Translations under genes and position numbers: made by a program | The notes under the pieces: generated by a model | Databases searched by the model: none | What the model saw: only the letters and a program-made list of their open reading frames with translations | Told to the model about the DNA's origin: nothing | Part shown: piece after piece, positions 38,345 to 58,149 of the stretch | How the letters are laid out: each line of letters begins with the position of its first letter | Numbering within the stretch: the first letter of the stretch is position 1 | Assembly (NCBI RefSeq): GCF_009914755.1 | Contig: NC_060934.1 | Direction: 5' to 3' (one strand) | DNA from: the human T2T-CHM13v2.0 reference genome, Homo sapiens | Length of the DNA stretch: 64,000 nucleotides

Positions 38345-39788
38345 TCAGCTTCTCATCTATAAACGATAGTGCCTATGTGGGAATGCAGTGGTGGTTGAAG
38401 AAAGGAGAAAAGGGCCCAGGACATCAGAAATGGGTAGGACTAGAGCTAGGGGTGCGGTACAGCTTGGAGGCTCTGGAAGTGAGTCCTGGAGTCAGGGCTT
38501 TGAGACATGAGAGGAGGCTATGGCAGAGGCACATGTTCTCTGTGCAAATCCAAGGAGCCCACCAGGAAGACCCCGAATTCCCATTACTGGCGTATCCACC
38601 GACTCTTGCATGTCCTGACCTCCTTGGAGGCTGCCTCTCGCTCTCATTTTCTTTTCTGCTCAGACACCTACAGCTGTGTTGGTAGCTGCCCTTCTAATGG
38701 CTTGGGGGTGGGGGAGCACAGCCAGGGGGCACGTAGCTGGGATGAGGGTGAAGAGGAGTGCTATGGAGAAGGGGTCTCAAGTACTAAATTGAAGCCGGGA
38801 AGGCTCAAAGGCAAATATGGATTCTCTACAGCTCTGATGGAAAGCCTTGCTCCAATCTGAATTCTGGTCTTCCAAGAAAAATCACAAGCAATGACAGGCT
38901 CTTTAATATGGGTTCCAGCCACAGGCCAGAGATCAAACGTCGCTGAACCAGTGTGAGGAAAAGAATGGCAGGCAGACGTCTTCTTTTTCCGCACACAGAC
39001 TGTAATCAGCTCTCCACAAGGTCATCCCAGAACACCAAGGACAGTCCAGATACCTCCAGGCTCTCCTCAGTAATGGACGGAAGCAGTGGTGCAGATAATC
39101 TGCCCAAATGGCGGGTAATCCAAAAGCCATTTCTATCTGGCCTTGGGAGAAGCTTCTGTGCTCGTTCTGAGTGTGGGTGTGTGTGAGCCTCCCTGCCAGG
39201 TCCATGTGCACAGTGAGGCTGCTCTCAGGGAAGGTGTCCTCCTGCTGGCAGCAGGGGCCATGGGTACTGGCAGGGAGTTGGCGATGGAGAGGACAGTTCA
39301 GGAAGAAAAGGGTGCAGGTGGGCTCCATTTGGCCTCCTTCCTTGGTCCATTCTCATCTTCCTGGGCCCTGCGGATGCATGGCCTGGGCTGCTTTGCCCTC
39401 TGGCTTTCAAGCTGGTTTGAGCTATAAGAGATGGAGCAGAGAAAGGAGAGGAAGGCCAGCATCTTTCTTCCCTGCTTCCTTCAGGCTCTGGCATCCGGTG
39501 CAGTCTTGCTCGTCATCTCCGCTTCCCTCTGCTTCTTCCCAGGCTCCAGTTCTCCCTGGATTCCAGGAACACCATCTCCTTCCTCGTCCCTTCCATCCCA
39601 GGGAAGGTAAGAGAACTTACATTCGATAGAGAAAACACTGTTTTTTTAACCAAAGCTATGTGGGAGTGGGGACTGGGAGTGTATGTAGAAAGGCAGGGAG
39701 TTGATTATGCTTAAGTCCTTGTCTATCTAATTTACCGTGCCTAGAAGTAAAAAGATAATGTAAGAACAGACACATCAAAAAATAGCTG

Positions 39789-40270
39789 CCCAGAACTGAA
39801 AACAAGGACTTGAATAGATGTTTGTACACCTATGTTCATAGCAGCATCATTCACAGTAGCCACAGGCAGAAGAAAACTAAATGTCCATCGACAGATGAAG
39901 AGAAACAAAATGTTACATATAAAAACAATAGAATATTATTCAATCTTAAAAAGGAATGAAATTCTGTACAACGTGGATGAAACTCGAGGACATTATGCTA
40001 AGTGAAATAACCCAGTCTCAAAAGGACAAATATCATACGATTCCACTTACATGAGATACCTAAAATAGGCAAATTTATAGCGACAAAAAGTAGAGTAGTG
40101 GTTACCAGGCCCTGGGGACAAAGGGGAATGGTGAGTTATTGGTTAATGGGGACTGAGTTTCTGTTTATGAAGATGAAAGCATTCTGGAGATGGATAGTGG
40201 TGATGATTGCATGACATTGTAGATGTACTTAATGTTAGTGAATTGGACACTTAAAATAGTTAAAGTGGTT
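39789..40270 (+). mobile_element. L1MB-type 3' fragment
   Basis: L1M 3'UTR motifs (atgttcatagcagc, gacattatgctaagtgaaataa). Exact 12-bp flanking repeat aaaaaatagctg (39777-39788, 40271-40282). Confidence 0.8.
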
Positions 40271-42311
40271 AAAAAATAGCTGTGTAAGAATACTATTTAA
40301 AGTTATGGTGGTGACTGTCAGGAGCAGGGGTGGAGAGGGGTTGTGAGTGCTTAGCACCAGGAAGTGATACTCGGGGGCTGGAGGAATACTGCAAGAGAAT
40401 GCTACCTCTCACTGCAATCCTTTCAGTGCTATTTTACTTTAGAGGTACAGTTAACACTGATACAGTGCTTACGACCTGCCAGGCATGCTTTGCACACTTA
40501 CATATGTGCTCATTTAATCCTCCTATCAATGCCATGATGCAGTAGCGCTACCTGTGAGGATCTGCATTTTGCAGAAAAGGAAACAGAGATACTCACGTGG
40601 TAAGGCCTCCATCTCAGGCAGCTGCCCAGAGGCCCTGCTCTTAATCATCCTACTTTGCTGCACATATATGACTGGGATGAAAGAAAAAAATTAATTTTAA
40701 AAATATGCTGCGGTGAATATCCTTGTATACATATTTTATGTGCTTGTGTGAGGATATCAGACTCCTAGAAGTGAAATAACCTCAAGTTTTACAACAGACA
40801 AAACATGGCATTCAATTCATCTTTTGGATATAAAAACTATTAGAACACTGATACTGACGTTGTACTCATTTTATTATAGAATTGAAGCACAGAAGCAAAC
40901 GACCTCTCTTTGTATTCATGATTTTCAACAGGTCTCCTGGTTCTTCTAGCCCCTCTAACTTCCTCTCATCTCTCCTGTAACAACAATGATCAGAATGATA
41001 CCTGAGGAATAAACCATAAGAAAAATGAGCATTGAGAGGGTAAATCAAGCTTCCTTTAGAAAGAGAGGAAAATAATTTTGCAGTTGCGAAACATGTTGAA
41101 ATATTATTTTTACAGTGAAAACAGTTACATCACAAGTTTAAATTACATTTCCATTTGAAATGGAGTCGATTTGCACCACCTACTGGAATATACAGCTCCA
41201 TATAGTCAGAGGTTTAAAATTACAAAACCACTTTTAAGAATTCAGAGTTACATTTCTAGTTATCTTTAAGAGACCAGCTCCTTTGACATGTTGGAAATGC
41301 CAAACACTAATTTACTTCAGGGACTATTTTCTAAAACAAACTCTTTAGAAGCCAAATTTAATCATCTAGCTAAATTAACAAATTGTACAACTGCTTATAA
41401 AAATAAAATGATTAAGCCAAATACATCAACCAAACAGATACAAATGTAAATTAGAAGCAAAACTGAAATCAATATACATTATCAGTTGCTAAATCACTAT
41501 TGAAAAACAGAATTCAAGCAGACAACTGGAAAACGACAGGAAACGTAAGGCAAACAGGATAATAAACAGAACATAACTCAACATTAATTTAAAAAGAACT
41601 CACCCAATGAAAATTTGATAGTGTTTACATCCAAAGTAATAATCTCTGTCATGGCTTAATTACAGCCTGAACATCAATATACGAAGTATTCATATTTAGG
41701 CTCTTTGGCATTTTAAAGGAAACCCCAACAAAAATTTTCATTTTTTTATGACAAACAACTCCAAGCAATAAATTTCTCAATATATAGTAGCAACATTTAT
41801 TATATAATTGACAAGAATTCATGGAAAAAATTACATCTACAGTATCTGCTATTCTAGATCAAATTGCTTTAGAATAGAAGCCTAAATATATTACATTTTA
41901 ATTTCTTGAAACCTATTACAGCATTTCACTTATTTTATGGGTATTTTGTCTGAAAATTGATTTTATTTTTATATGTCAACTAAATTAGATGTCAACTAAA
42001 TTAACTGAAGCATAAAATATGCTGGCAAGATATATTTACAAATACACGCCACAAAATGCTGTGCAAGTCACAAGAACCTGATTTAAAGTCACAGGCATAC
42101 AAAGACCTGGGCAGAGTGACCAACTGATCCACAGTCCTCCTTGTGGTTGCAAGTGATTTGTGTATGACAAGCAGGTTTACAGTGACAAATGTCAGATGCA
42201 AGGTTGCTAGAAGGTTTGCCTGTCTCATTTTAGTTCACTGCTTGTGTGATTTCATTTCTAAAGTTCTCATCCACATTGGAAAGCTTGGACTGTTTCATTT
42301 CTACCAGGTAG

Positions 42312-42812
<501 letters not shown>

Positions 42813-42872
42813 TGAACTCCCCGGACTTCAGTCCTCATCCTCTCTCAGTGTCCCCAGCTCATCCATCCCATT

Positions 42873-43222
42873 TGATATGATTTGGCTCTGTGTCCCCACC
42901 CAAATCTCATCTAGAATTGTAATGCCTACCTATCAAAGGAGGGACCTGGCAGAAGGTGATTGGATCATGGGGGCAGTTTCCCTCATGCTGTTCTCGTGAT
43001 AGTGAGTTCTCATGAGATCTGACGGTTTTTAAAGTGTGGCACCCCACCCCGTACTGCTGCCATGTGAGACATGCCTTGCTTCCCCTTTGCCTTCTGCCAT
43101 GACTGTAAGTTTCCTGAGGCCTCCCTCACCATACAGAACTGTGAGTCAATTAAAACTCTTTTCTTTATAAATGACCCAGTCTCAGATAGTTATTTATAGC
43201 AGTGTGAAAACAGACTAATACA
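42873..43222 (+). mobile_element. THE1D-like solo LTR
   Basis: tgatatgatttggctctgtgtccccacccaaatctcatc ... gtgaaaacagactaataca. Confidence 0.88.
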
Positions 43223-43384
43223 TGGTTCATCCAACTAGATATGCCTGGTACCTACTTTGCTCCTCAGTCCTAACCCAATCCATACCCAAAGCCCTGGCCA
43301 TCTGACTTTCTACATCCCCCTGAAGCCTGTCTGCCTCACTCCATCTCCTCCTCTCCCCTACTATTCCAAAGAATTATCAGGTCT

Positions 43385-44082
<698 letters not shown>

Positions 44083-45214
44083 CACACAATACTGTTATCA
44101 GAAAACATTAATTCCTTAATATTATCAAATGTCTACTTAATATTTACATATTTCACATTTCTTTGTCTAATATTTTGCTTTTCTTAAAAAAAAAAAAAAA
44201 AAGGGAAAAAGAACAGTTTTAGCCTGGACTGATTTAGCAGCCTGGTCTAGCCTCATTGCCCCTGATTATGTGGCCCCTGGCTAAAAGCCTTTTACCGTGG
44301 ATAGACCTAGTTTCCTAGTAAGGCCACAGAGGCCCTTCCTAATCTGGTGCCCACTGCCTGTCCAGCCCAACTCACACCTGAGCCCCATGTCCTCTTAGCT
44401 TTTCATGCCTCACTCTGGCTGTGCTCTCCACTGCTGCTAGGACTTTGCCCAGTTTTCTCTCCACCTGAAATTCTCTTCTCTTTTCTTCTTTGCAAAGTGA
44501 CCTCCTCCTAACTTTCCTGACTGAGTCAACTCAGAGTTGCAAATTTACATTTTAGGGGGCACTTATTTGAAAGTCTGTGTGCCCCCACTGGACGGCTTTT
44601 ACTCACCTTTGTGTTCCCAGCACCCAGCACATGACCTGCACATGGGAAATATGGAATGATTCACTCAGACCAGAGCCAGAGAGGTGCCTGCCCTGGGCCC
44701 CATGAGGCTGCGGTTCCACTCTGGCCCTCCTCTGACCATCACTCCCCACATAGGGTGAGAAGACAGGTGCACGTGGAGCTCCAGGGAACCGGCCCTAACG
44801 GCTCCAAGCCTGCTTTGAGGGCCTGTCCCCAAGATGATTGGGCATACGCACCCCAACCCAGAGGGGTGGCCAAGGGACAGCTGTTATGAAGGCAAGAGGA
44901 TATAACATATTTAATAGCTTCCAAGGGGCAGCTGTTATGAAGGTGTATTTATCAAGGAAGGAGGCTAGAACAGATTTTCTTTAATAATGAGTTAGCTTAA
45001 TTTATAAAAACTTCAACTATTTGGACATATGCTATTCAGACCTCCATGCACAGTTTTCCCAAAGGCCTGCAAATGTTAGCACAGAGTTTTTGGCTTCACA
45101 AGTATCTGAGAATAAACTTTATATCAACACTTATATCGAGATGATTCCCTGTACCCCTTTTGAAATCTGAGTTCAAAAGAGAATTGACTCTTAAAAAAGT
45201 CAATACGATTCCCT

Positions 45215-45540
<326 letters not shown>

Positions 45541-48500
45541 TCATAATGAATTGGGGGGGGGGGGGGCAGTGGAAGAGAGCAGGGATAAGATATTGAAGCC
45601 ATTCAGTATGAAAAGCGTGTTCCAAAATCATTATGTGACACCAAAATTCTGAAAAAAAAATGTTATTTGGGTAGTGGGACCATGAATTTCCTTGCCTTTT
45701 CACATTTTACTAATTTGAGTTTTCTTTAATAAATATGCTTAAATTTGTAACAAGAATCTTATCCTTTTGAAAAATCAAGTTACCATTCCATTTCACGTAT
45801 AGAATATGAACATTTTGCCCGAGTCTGTCACCTTTGTCATCCCTCGCGTGAAAGCAGTGCTAGGAATTTTCTGTCTATATATTTGCTTTGCTAGAGGCAA
45901 AAACAGTACATTTTCAGATCACATTGGAAAAGGACTATGGCTTAACTTCCATTTTATGTAGTGAGAGTCATGGACATACTTCATTTATAGGTTAAAACAA
46001 TGTGGTGCCTGGCTGGTGGACCTGGAGTCCACTGGATTTTAGGCAGCTACCTGCATTTTCTTTTATTGCCCCTACTACCTAATTTCCATTAGGCCCACTT
46101 TGATTTCCTTTCAGTTTCCTAATTGGGGTCTGGAGTTGTTTTTTTTTTAATAGCCATGCTTCTAGAAATCCAGTTTTCTTTTTCCTTAGAAATAATAATT
46201 GTTTATTATTAAGCTAGAAAAAGCCCAAGGGTTTCTTTGAGAGCCCAATTGCCTACCTCCTCCACCCCAGAACCCCCATGGGGCCCCTTGCACCATGTGT
46301 TCTCGCTGCTAGGCTCGCCTGTCCCCCACTGCCATTCCCACCTGCACACTTGAGTGTTTTGCAGTCACCGTCCCACTGTCTGCCCAGGTTTCCAAGTCCC
46401 TCTCCAATGCCTCAGGCTTCAAAGTCCCTCTCCAATGCCTCAGGCTTCACGACCCTTCCTGATCCTCTTCCACTGTTACCATTCCCAGCCCAGTGTGTTT
46501 GTCATGCCTTGTAACCTCCACCACACCTTGTACCTTTCCTTTCCCTGTGGCCACATTCTGCCTTTCCTGAGTGAATACTTGCTGTGGTCCTCGTCGCACA
46601 CCCAGAACTAGAGCACTGAACCCTGTAGGCCAGAAACCATGATTGACTGATATGTTGAATCCAGCACTGAGCCTAGGACTCAATAAGTAACTGATGAATT
46701 GAACTAAATTAAGCATACCTTGTTTGGTCAATCTGCAACATTTCTCTCAAAATTACTTACAACTCTTTCTTGAGAAAGAAAGAGTCTTTTCCTAGCCAAC
46801 CCAGCAGACTGTCTGACTTAAGACCATGATTGACAGACAGAAGAACGTGGCCAGAAAAAAATGCAACTGAGAGGATTAAATGAAATATAACTAGGGATGA
46901 GCTACTTTTGATAATAATCTGGAGCGGGGATGAAAGTAGGGAAAACGGACTTAGACGGCCCATTGATCGCTGTTGATGGTGGGTGATGGTGACGGCCCCT
47001 GGGGGTTCCTTTTACTGTTCTCTCTACTTAGGTTTACACTGAAAATTTTTTGTGATGAAAAGATTTGAAGAAGATGACAGGAGATGGAGAAGCACCAGCT
47101 GATCTGCAGACTCCAAGGAGGTCCCAGGAAGAGGTATAAAGGAAGGAATCTGAGACATGGTTCTTCCTCCCTGTGGGTACCATCCCTTCCTGTGGCAGCT
47201 CTCCTGTTCTCTAAGCACCTCGATCCCCCCAACCCCACTCATTTATATGGACCTGGCACTCAGATCTTTCACCCGTATAATGCCACTCCAGGCTCTGCCT
47301 CTTGGGTAGTGTCCTATGTCCTAGAATATTCCCAGATGAGAATGGGACCCCTTAGGTAGAGCTGTGTGCTCTGCCTCACCTAATCCAGCTGGCAACCCCC
47401 ATAGGTGTCATCCACTAAGATCTTCTGGGACAGGAAAGCCCTGTGATACCTCTTACATCACACCAAACAGAGCCCCACACCAAGAAAAGAGCTGCCCACA
47501 CCTCACAGAAGCCATGTTAGTGGACATTTCTCCACTCTGGAAGCCTTCCTGCGTGGTGGAGGCCAGTGCAGACCATCCTCTGCCCAGAAGAGTTGCATTC
47601 TAAATGACCCCTCAGAGAGCCCTCTGGATGGCCGCCTCTCCCACAGGTCCCTGCAATCACATAAAAAACACTCATTGCAGCCAAGATGCACAAAGCACAG
47701 TATTGATTTCATACTCAGGTTTTTCCAAAACAAATCATAAACCCACACCAATTATGTCCAATCAGTTTTATGGATAAAGAAGCCTGAGACTCTCCAACAG
47801 GAGAGCTTGAGTTTCCCTTCTCACTCTTGTGCTGGGTGTCCTTTTCCTACCTCCAGACCATCACAAGGATATCTGTAATGTAGATGAGGCCAGTCCTTTT
47901 GCCCAATGTTGACAGACAAGAGGAAGATTCCAGGGAGAAATGCCGCAGCAGCAAATGAATATGAATGATGCTTTTCCACTTTGTGCTTATAAAATGCCTT
48001 TTGTACCAGAATCTCAAAGCTCTCCAGGAAGCAAGGCTTTGAATGGGACTTTCACTCGGGGTAAACATGAGTGGTCGGAGCTTCCCAAGTCATTTGTGAT
48101 AAGAAAGAACAAAAGTCCGGGCACTTTTAAAATGCAATATTCTTGCCTTCTGGGTAGTAAACAAAGTGTGCAGATGGATAATGACATCTGTGGATTCTGG
48201 CTCCACTTCCTAGAGAGAAAAAAAACATGTAAATAAATACGTAAAAAATTGTCATATGTGGATGACACCCTTGGTTCATCCAGTAGTTACCATTCTGCCT
48301 AACATTCACGAGCTATGGATTCTATTACTGGGTCCCTTGTGACTGCATTACACTGAGAAAGTAAAATATATTTCTCTTCAATGCCTGAGGGAAGATAAAT
48401 GTTATAGAAATGTTTAGTAAAAAGGTCCAGTCAGTGGCTTTGACACTTGATGCTTTTGCACTAAGCAGTGCTGTCCTTTTGTTCTCTCCATTGGAAGCCT

Positions 48501-49081
48501 CCTTGTAAATGTTTAATAGCTAAATGACTCACCAGAGTCTGCAAAGGTCAGGCCCTTAACTGGAAAGGCAGAGGGGAACTCAGAAGCAGTCTCTATCAGA
48601 TTGATTGGAAGGTTCATTTGAGAATTCTTTCCTTCTCATCCTTAGTTTAAGGTGCACATGCAGCATGAATAACTGCCTGGGCTCCAGCCACCGACATGCC
48701 TGAACAGCAGACATTAGTGACTCTGACACTCTTCCTAGGATTCATTCAGGGTATTAATCAGCTTCAGAGGAAAACTCACAAACAGTCTAAGAAGAATTCT
48801 GTTGCAAAAGTGATACCTAGCAGAGACAGTCTGCCCTTGCAGTCACTTGCATTATATCCCAAAAGTCAATGCTAAGAGCTTGCAAAAGAATTTGAGTTCA
48901 TCAGGTGTCCAGAAAATAAACTCCTTCAAATGCAGTCGAAATAGTTTCAATAACTTCAAATACTCTGCCTGTTATGAATCTACAGAGCAGCAATTAAATA
49001 ATTATCAGTTAATGATTCAATGTCAGATACCTATAACCAAGGGTGTCTTGCTATTACACTGAAAATTACATATTAAGGTTT

Positions 49082-49722
49082 TGCTGGGGTGCAGAAAATG
49101 ATCCCCCAAAATATAGTGCTTCGGCATGCCGAGTACTTTGAAAATCGGAAGGTTTTAGAAATCAGCCTTAGACCCAAGCTCTCTTTCTGACTTTCCTTAC
49201 CTCCTTGTTTCTCTGATCCTCTTTCTAGAAGCACCTGGAGGGACTGGACTGACTCTCTGGAATTTTCTTATCTAACAAAGCTTCTTTCCAAAAAAAAAAA
49301 GGCAATTGTCTTAAGACCCCCCCCCCCCCATCTTTAGGAATCTCATCAAATGACCAGGAAAGAAGCAAAGAGACGGAGTTGTCACTATACCCAGATAGAC
49401 TACTCATCTATTCTCGAGGGCAGGTCTGACAACCTTTGTGCAAGGTGACGTTTCACTCCTCACCTTCCCAACACCTCCCCCAGAGCTCAGAGGAACTTTT
49501 GTCATTTACTCCTACACACCTCATCCCCGCCTTCCCTAAGAAGAGAGGGTAGACAGGCATCTGGACCCTGCTGGGTTATTAGGCCATTACTCTTCTGCAA
49601 TTCCCCATGGTATGCACGTTAAAATAAACGCATGCCTTTTCTCCTGTTGCTCTGCCTTTTTCAGTTCATTTTCAGCAAACCTTCAGAGGGTGAAAGGGGA
49701 AGTTTTCTTCTTTGTCCCTACA
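49082..49722 (+). mobile_element. ERV1 solo LTR (MER39/MER34-like)
   Basis: tgctggggtgcagaaaatgatcccccaaaatat start, AATAAA near 49623, ...aaccttcagagg...ccctaca end. TG...CA termini. Confidence 0.7.
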
Positions 49723-51031
49723 TTTTGCATTGTCTTATACCTTGACATTTTTCTACTCGTCAAGTTAAACTGTAAAGCAAAATATAGATCATTAGCTGAC
49801 TAATTATTTTTGAGTTAAAAAGTAGCTAGCATTTGGTTTTGGGTACCACAGTGTGTCTAATATAGTCTTTTTAGAAGCAATGATCTATAAACATTTTTTA
49901 TCATTCACCATTTCTGGTTGAGTAAAGTGACTCACAGTTGTAGTCCTACCTATTCAGGACGCTGAGGCAGGAGGATCACTTCAGCCGAGGAAGGAGTTCA
50001 AGTCCAGCCTGGACGGTCTCTAAAAATATTAAAATTTAAAAAAAATTCTGAACATGCAACCCCAATATGTATTTATTTGTAAATGATATACTGTCACTAA
50101 TACATTGACATTAAACAAGTAGAAAACAATGTAACATTTTAATTTATTGACTGATAATTAGTTCTATTTTCATTAATATTTTTTAAAAGAGCAAAACTGC
50201 TGAATAGGCTTCTTTTATTTTTGAGAATCTTTGTTGAAAACTTTGTGGTGTAACAGTTTGAGGTCTCCTTCCAAGTCAAGTTTATTTTAAAATGTGGTTT
50301 TAATGGCTGTCGTCACTTAAAATATCTCAAAAGATAAGCAAGCCTACTTGAAAAAATCACCCGGTCTCAGGGTTTACTAAATCAAACTGCTCATTTCGGT
50401 TGTATGCACAAATCACGCACAGGTTTTAACTGAAATTTAATTAGTTAAATTTCCATCTTCTTTGAAGTCCATCAGTCTTTTTTTTAACAAACCAATTAAA
50501 CAGTATCAAGGAATAACTCAGAGATTTTTAGTTAGTTGTTTTATATGCAATTTGTTTACTTGTACAAGAAGAAAGGTCAATAGACTGTTGTCATGGAACA
50601 AAATTCAAAACAGGATGTATAACAGATAGGAGAGAGAAAAACCTGCTGGCAGCCTGGGAATCGTGAATCTTGCAGGCATATTTTTGGGGTAAACAAATCA
50701 GTTGGCAGCTGATAAAGAGATCAGTCTGGGCGTTCTGGGTAGGACAACTAGTATCAAAGAAAACAATTAAGTGTGGACAGATTTTTCGAACCCCCTGATG
50801 GTATGGCTGAGGAGCATATGAGGCTTGCTGCCTCTGGACGAGCTCTGCTGGCTCTCTTCCCTTCGCACGCCTTAAGTAAGCCAGAACTGCGCCACTGTCC
50901 TCCTTAGAATTCCTCAATATATTTAAAACTCAACCTCTCCATTTGGAAGATTTCTAAAAGAGGTTAGGAATTTCAGTTTCTAAGATAAGTGTGCAGATAT
51001 GAGTTTTTATAAGCAATATACATCATTTTTA

Positions 51032-51424
<393 letters not shown>

Positions 51425-51684
51425 CCCAAATACTTTCCCACTCATTGTTAAAATATCACCTTTGTTTTGAAGAAAGAGATTGAGTCTGTTTGTTTTTGTG
51501 AAACTTTCTCCTGGGTATCATCCTAATGACAGCTTCATGTCATCACAGATGAGAAAATGTAGAACACTCCTTATAAAAGAAAATATAGTAACTAACTCAT
51601 TTTCAAGCTTGACAATTCTTTTGAATGCTTTACCACTGATGATCTGTGATCTCTGTGTGGTACAAGATTTTCAAGGTCGCTCCT

Positions 51685-52130
51685 TGCTGTGGTCTGGATA
51701 TATATACGTCCCCACCAAACTCATGCTGAAATTTGATCTCATTGTGGTAGTGTTGGGGGTTGGGGCCTAATGGGAGGAGTTCAGGTCATGAGGGCTCTGT
51801 CCTCTTGGGTGGCTTGGTGCTGTTCTCATGGCAGTGAGTTCTTGCTCTGGCAAGACTGGATTAGTTCTCTCAGGAATTGGTTAGTTCCTGCAAGAGTGGG
51901 TTATTATGAAGTCAGAACACCCACCTGGTTTTGCCTTTCTTCACACATGTCCATTTACCCATTGATCTTCTCTGCCATATTATGACGCAGCCTGAAACCT
52001 CTCACCAGAAGCTAGAGCCATGTGCTTGAACTTCCCAGCCTGCAGAACCATGAACTAAATCAACCTTTTTTAAAAATAAATTACCCAATCTTAGGTATTC
52101 TGTTATCATGATGCAAAACAGACTAAGACA
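51685..52130 (+). mobile_element. MST-family (MSTA/MSTB) solo LTR
   Basis: tgctgtggtctggat...ccccaccaaactcatgctgaaatttgatc start, aaacagactaagaca end. Confidence 0.8.
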
Positions 52131-55025
52131 TCCCTCATCACAAAACTCTGAAAAGATTCTGCAAAAGGCCTTGTTTTTTCACCAAATTTAGCCTTGTGAA
52201 TGGCACCCAATAGCCTATCCAAGCCACCATATATGCCTGTGGTAGACTGCATAATGGTTACGGATAACCAACATTCCTCCTTAGGATCCAGTCTCCCCTG
52301 CCACATGTATGCTTAGCTTGGCTATGTGATTTATTTGGCCAAAAAAAGGTGAATGACAGTGATGTTTGCCACTTCTGACCAAAAGCCTTTGTAGCTAGTC
52401 TGCAATGCACCAATCTCTTTTTGTCTCTCTGCTACTGCAACTGGCAATGCTCCAGATTGAAGCTGCTTCATCAGATGGGACATACTTATGCTAAATATTT
52501 GGGACATTCTCATCCTAAAAATTTTTTCACCGTTTATCTGAAATTCAAATTTAACTTTGCGTCCTGTTCTTTCTCTGGCTAACCCAGTTGTAAGCCACTG
52601 ACACTTAGGGATCATTTGTTTTGTCAGCATAGCCCAATCTTATTTGACTAGCTCACCATGGCCCAAGGAAGAGCACCTGTGTCAATCTGTATATTACATA
52701 CTAGTAAAGCTTAATTTTGCCCTTACTTTTCATATTAAAAAAAAAAGTTAGTCTTCCTGCACCTCAGGGGACTGTCTTTGGAGACCACTGTCCAAAGGTG
52801 TAGTCTACAGGGCAAGGTTGTCAGAAACTTAACAATTGCACTAAAAATGTAGACTAATCAGCACTACCCCAGAGATACTAGATTCTGGAGGTGGCTGCAG
52901 GATCTGTTTGCTAAACAAGTTCCTCAGGTGATTATGAGACAACTTCAAATTCCACTGGCCTATGTCTACTATTTGACTTTTTAGAAAGCTAAGTAAGTAG
53001 GAGACCTGGGTACTAGTCCTAACTTTGTATGATGTTCAACAAGTCAATCCTATTCTCCTTTCTGGACTGCATTGCTCTCATCTAAAGAGGAAAGAGATTG
53101 GCTCAGACAACCTCAAATCTCTCTTTCAGCTCTAAAAGTCCAGGATCAGGAGCCAGAAATTCAGAACCTTCTAAGGTCCAGAAAGTAAACAAATGAGGCT
53201 GGTTAGGGGTAAGACATTAGGTTGTGGAAGGGCCCAGGGCAAACTGAAAAGGATATTCCCCAAATGGTCCCTGAGTTTAGAAGGTTTTCAAGTTTGTCAT
53301 GCTCTGCCAGTGGGGCTAGAGAAGAACCGTGAGTACCCTGGGCACTCGTACTTTCGGCAGGAGCCCCAACCACATTTGCCTTACTTATGAATGTCTTGCT
53401 GTAAAAGTTTTGGAAACTATACAAATAACTACATGAATTTACAAATGACTGGGATTTCTCAGAAATCACTGCATGCTGGGAGGATTTTTGCTGAGAAAGT
53501 CTAATCTACAAATTGTTTTAGAATGAAACAAACTGTATGTCAATACTAACTTTAATAATTAATGACATTGACATTGCAGTATTTTGGAGCTACTTCATTA
53601 AACATTTTTAGCTTTGATTTTGCAGATTAAAAAAATATTTTGGAGCCAACAACATTGTTTTTATGTCTCAAACATTTTGATGAGCATTTTAAAAGCCTGT
53701 CAACCCCAGTCATTTTCCCTCCGTTGCCTAAGGGCTGAAACAGTTCTGTCCGGGTGCTGTGCCTGGTGTCAGTGATCAGACGGGACACCAGCCTTTGAGG
53801 AGCTCACAGTCGGGGAGGGAGGCAGATACAAACAGGTAATTTTTCTATAATGTGACAAGTGCAGGATAAAGCAATACAAGCGACTGGAACAAAGGAAGGA
53901 ACCCTGAGGGGTAAGGAGGCAGAGGTGTCAGGAGAGAAGCCAGGTGAGGAAGAAAAAGGTATTTTAGGCAGAGGAAAGCACCAGCAAACGTGGAGCTATG
54001 GAACAAGTAGCTGGAGCAGCAGACAAGCATGCTGCTCATTCATTCAACAAACACTCTTAGTAGCTAGAGCATCAGGCACTGAAGAGGCAAGTAAACACGT
54101 GAGAGCCATGGGTAGTTACAAGAGCCAGGATAACTACACAGACAAGGCAGAGCAGGCCATGGATGATGGGGTACATCCCAAGTGGGTCCCTGGGGCAGGA
54201 GGACAGAGATGGAGGAAACAGGCAGACACTGGTACAATATAAAAATGAAAATCAATTCGTGTCTGAAAACTTGAAATTCTAAGAGTAATGTCTTATTCTC
54301 CATGTTTTCCCACAAAATATTTCAACTTCCTATATTAAAAACAGTGACAATAACTTTTTAAAAAACACTACACCATGTAAAAGTGGGTTTTTTTTCCCCA
54401 CTTATTTTTAAAATTTTTCCTGACCACTATGAGCTCCAGCAGCATGTGAAAGTGTTTGACTAGGGAAAAAGAAAAAATTAATAAGCCCTTAGAGCAAGAG
54501 GCATATATAAATTTTATGTAACCCACATGTGCCCAATTGTTCCAGCCCCCAGGGATCATGCTCCTTTACGAACTAAATTACAGTACTGTAATCCTGGTCC
54601 TGTGTGTGGCTGCTGGAGACCCAGCCCCGACTCAGGCTTTCCTCCACAGTCAGTCCTAAGGGTCACTGGTCACCCTTAGAGCTCCCATTATCCTCTGTGT
54701 GCTCCCAACCTCTCTTTCTGTGCTGACTTCCTGGTTCTGTTTCATACTTTGTCTTTTCACAAGCTATTTCCGGCACATTTTCCCACTAAGCATCATCAAC
54801 ACGTGTCTAGGCACTCACTTCTCAAGAAGCATGCAAAATATTTGAATCCTGAGAAAAGAATCACTGCTATTTCTTTCTTACAAAGATAGAATTACACAAT
54901 AAAACAACAGAATTTAAAGATTATCACAAGCTGAATTATGTATGTGTGTAAAAGCTTAACAAAATTACATATTATAATAATCAGAAATAAAAATAGGAAA
55001 AGAAAATATTAAAGAATAAATTTTA

Positions 55026-58040
<3,015 letters not shown>

Positions 58041-58149
58041 TAAAGAATAAATTTTAAATCACTTCATTTTACGGCTCAGAGGTCTGTTTTGTGGACACAG
58101 AGACAGAAATGGAGACGTTTTTAAAATTAAGATCATATTGCACATTGGC

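Noticed and set aside
45553-45566. G14 homopolymer (also a C run near 49317-49329)
   Set aside because: Simple mononucleotide runs with no supporting context.
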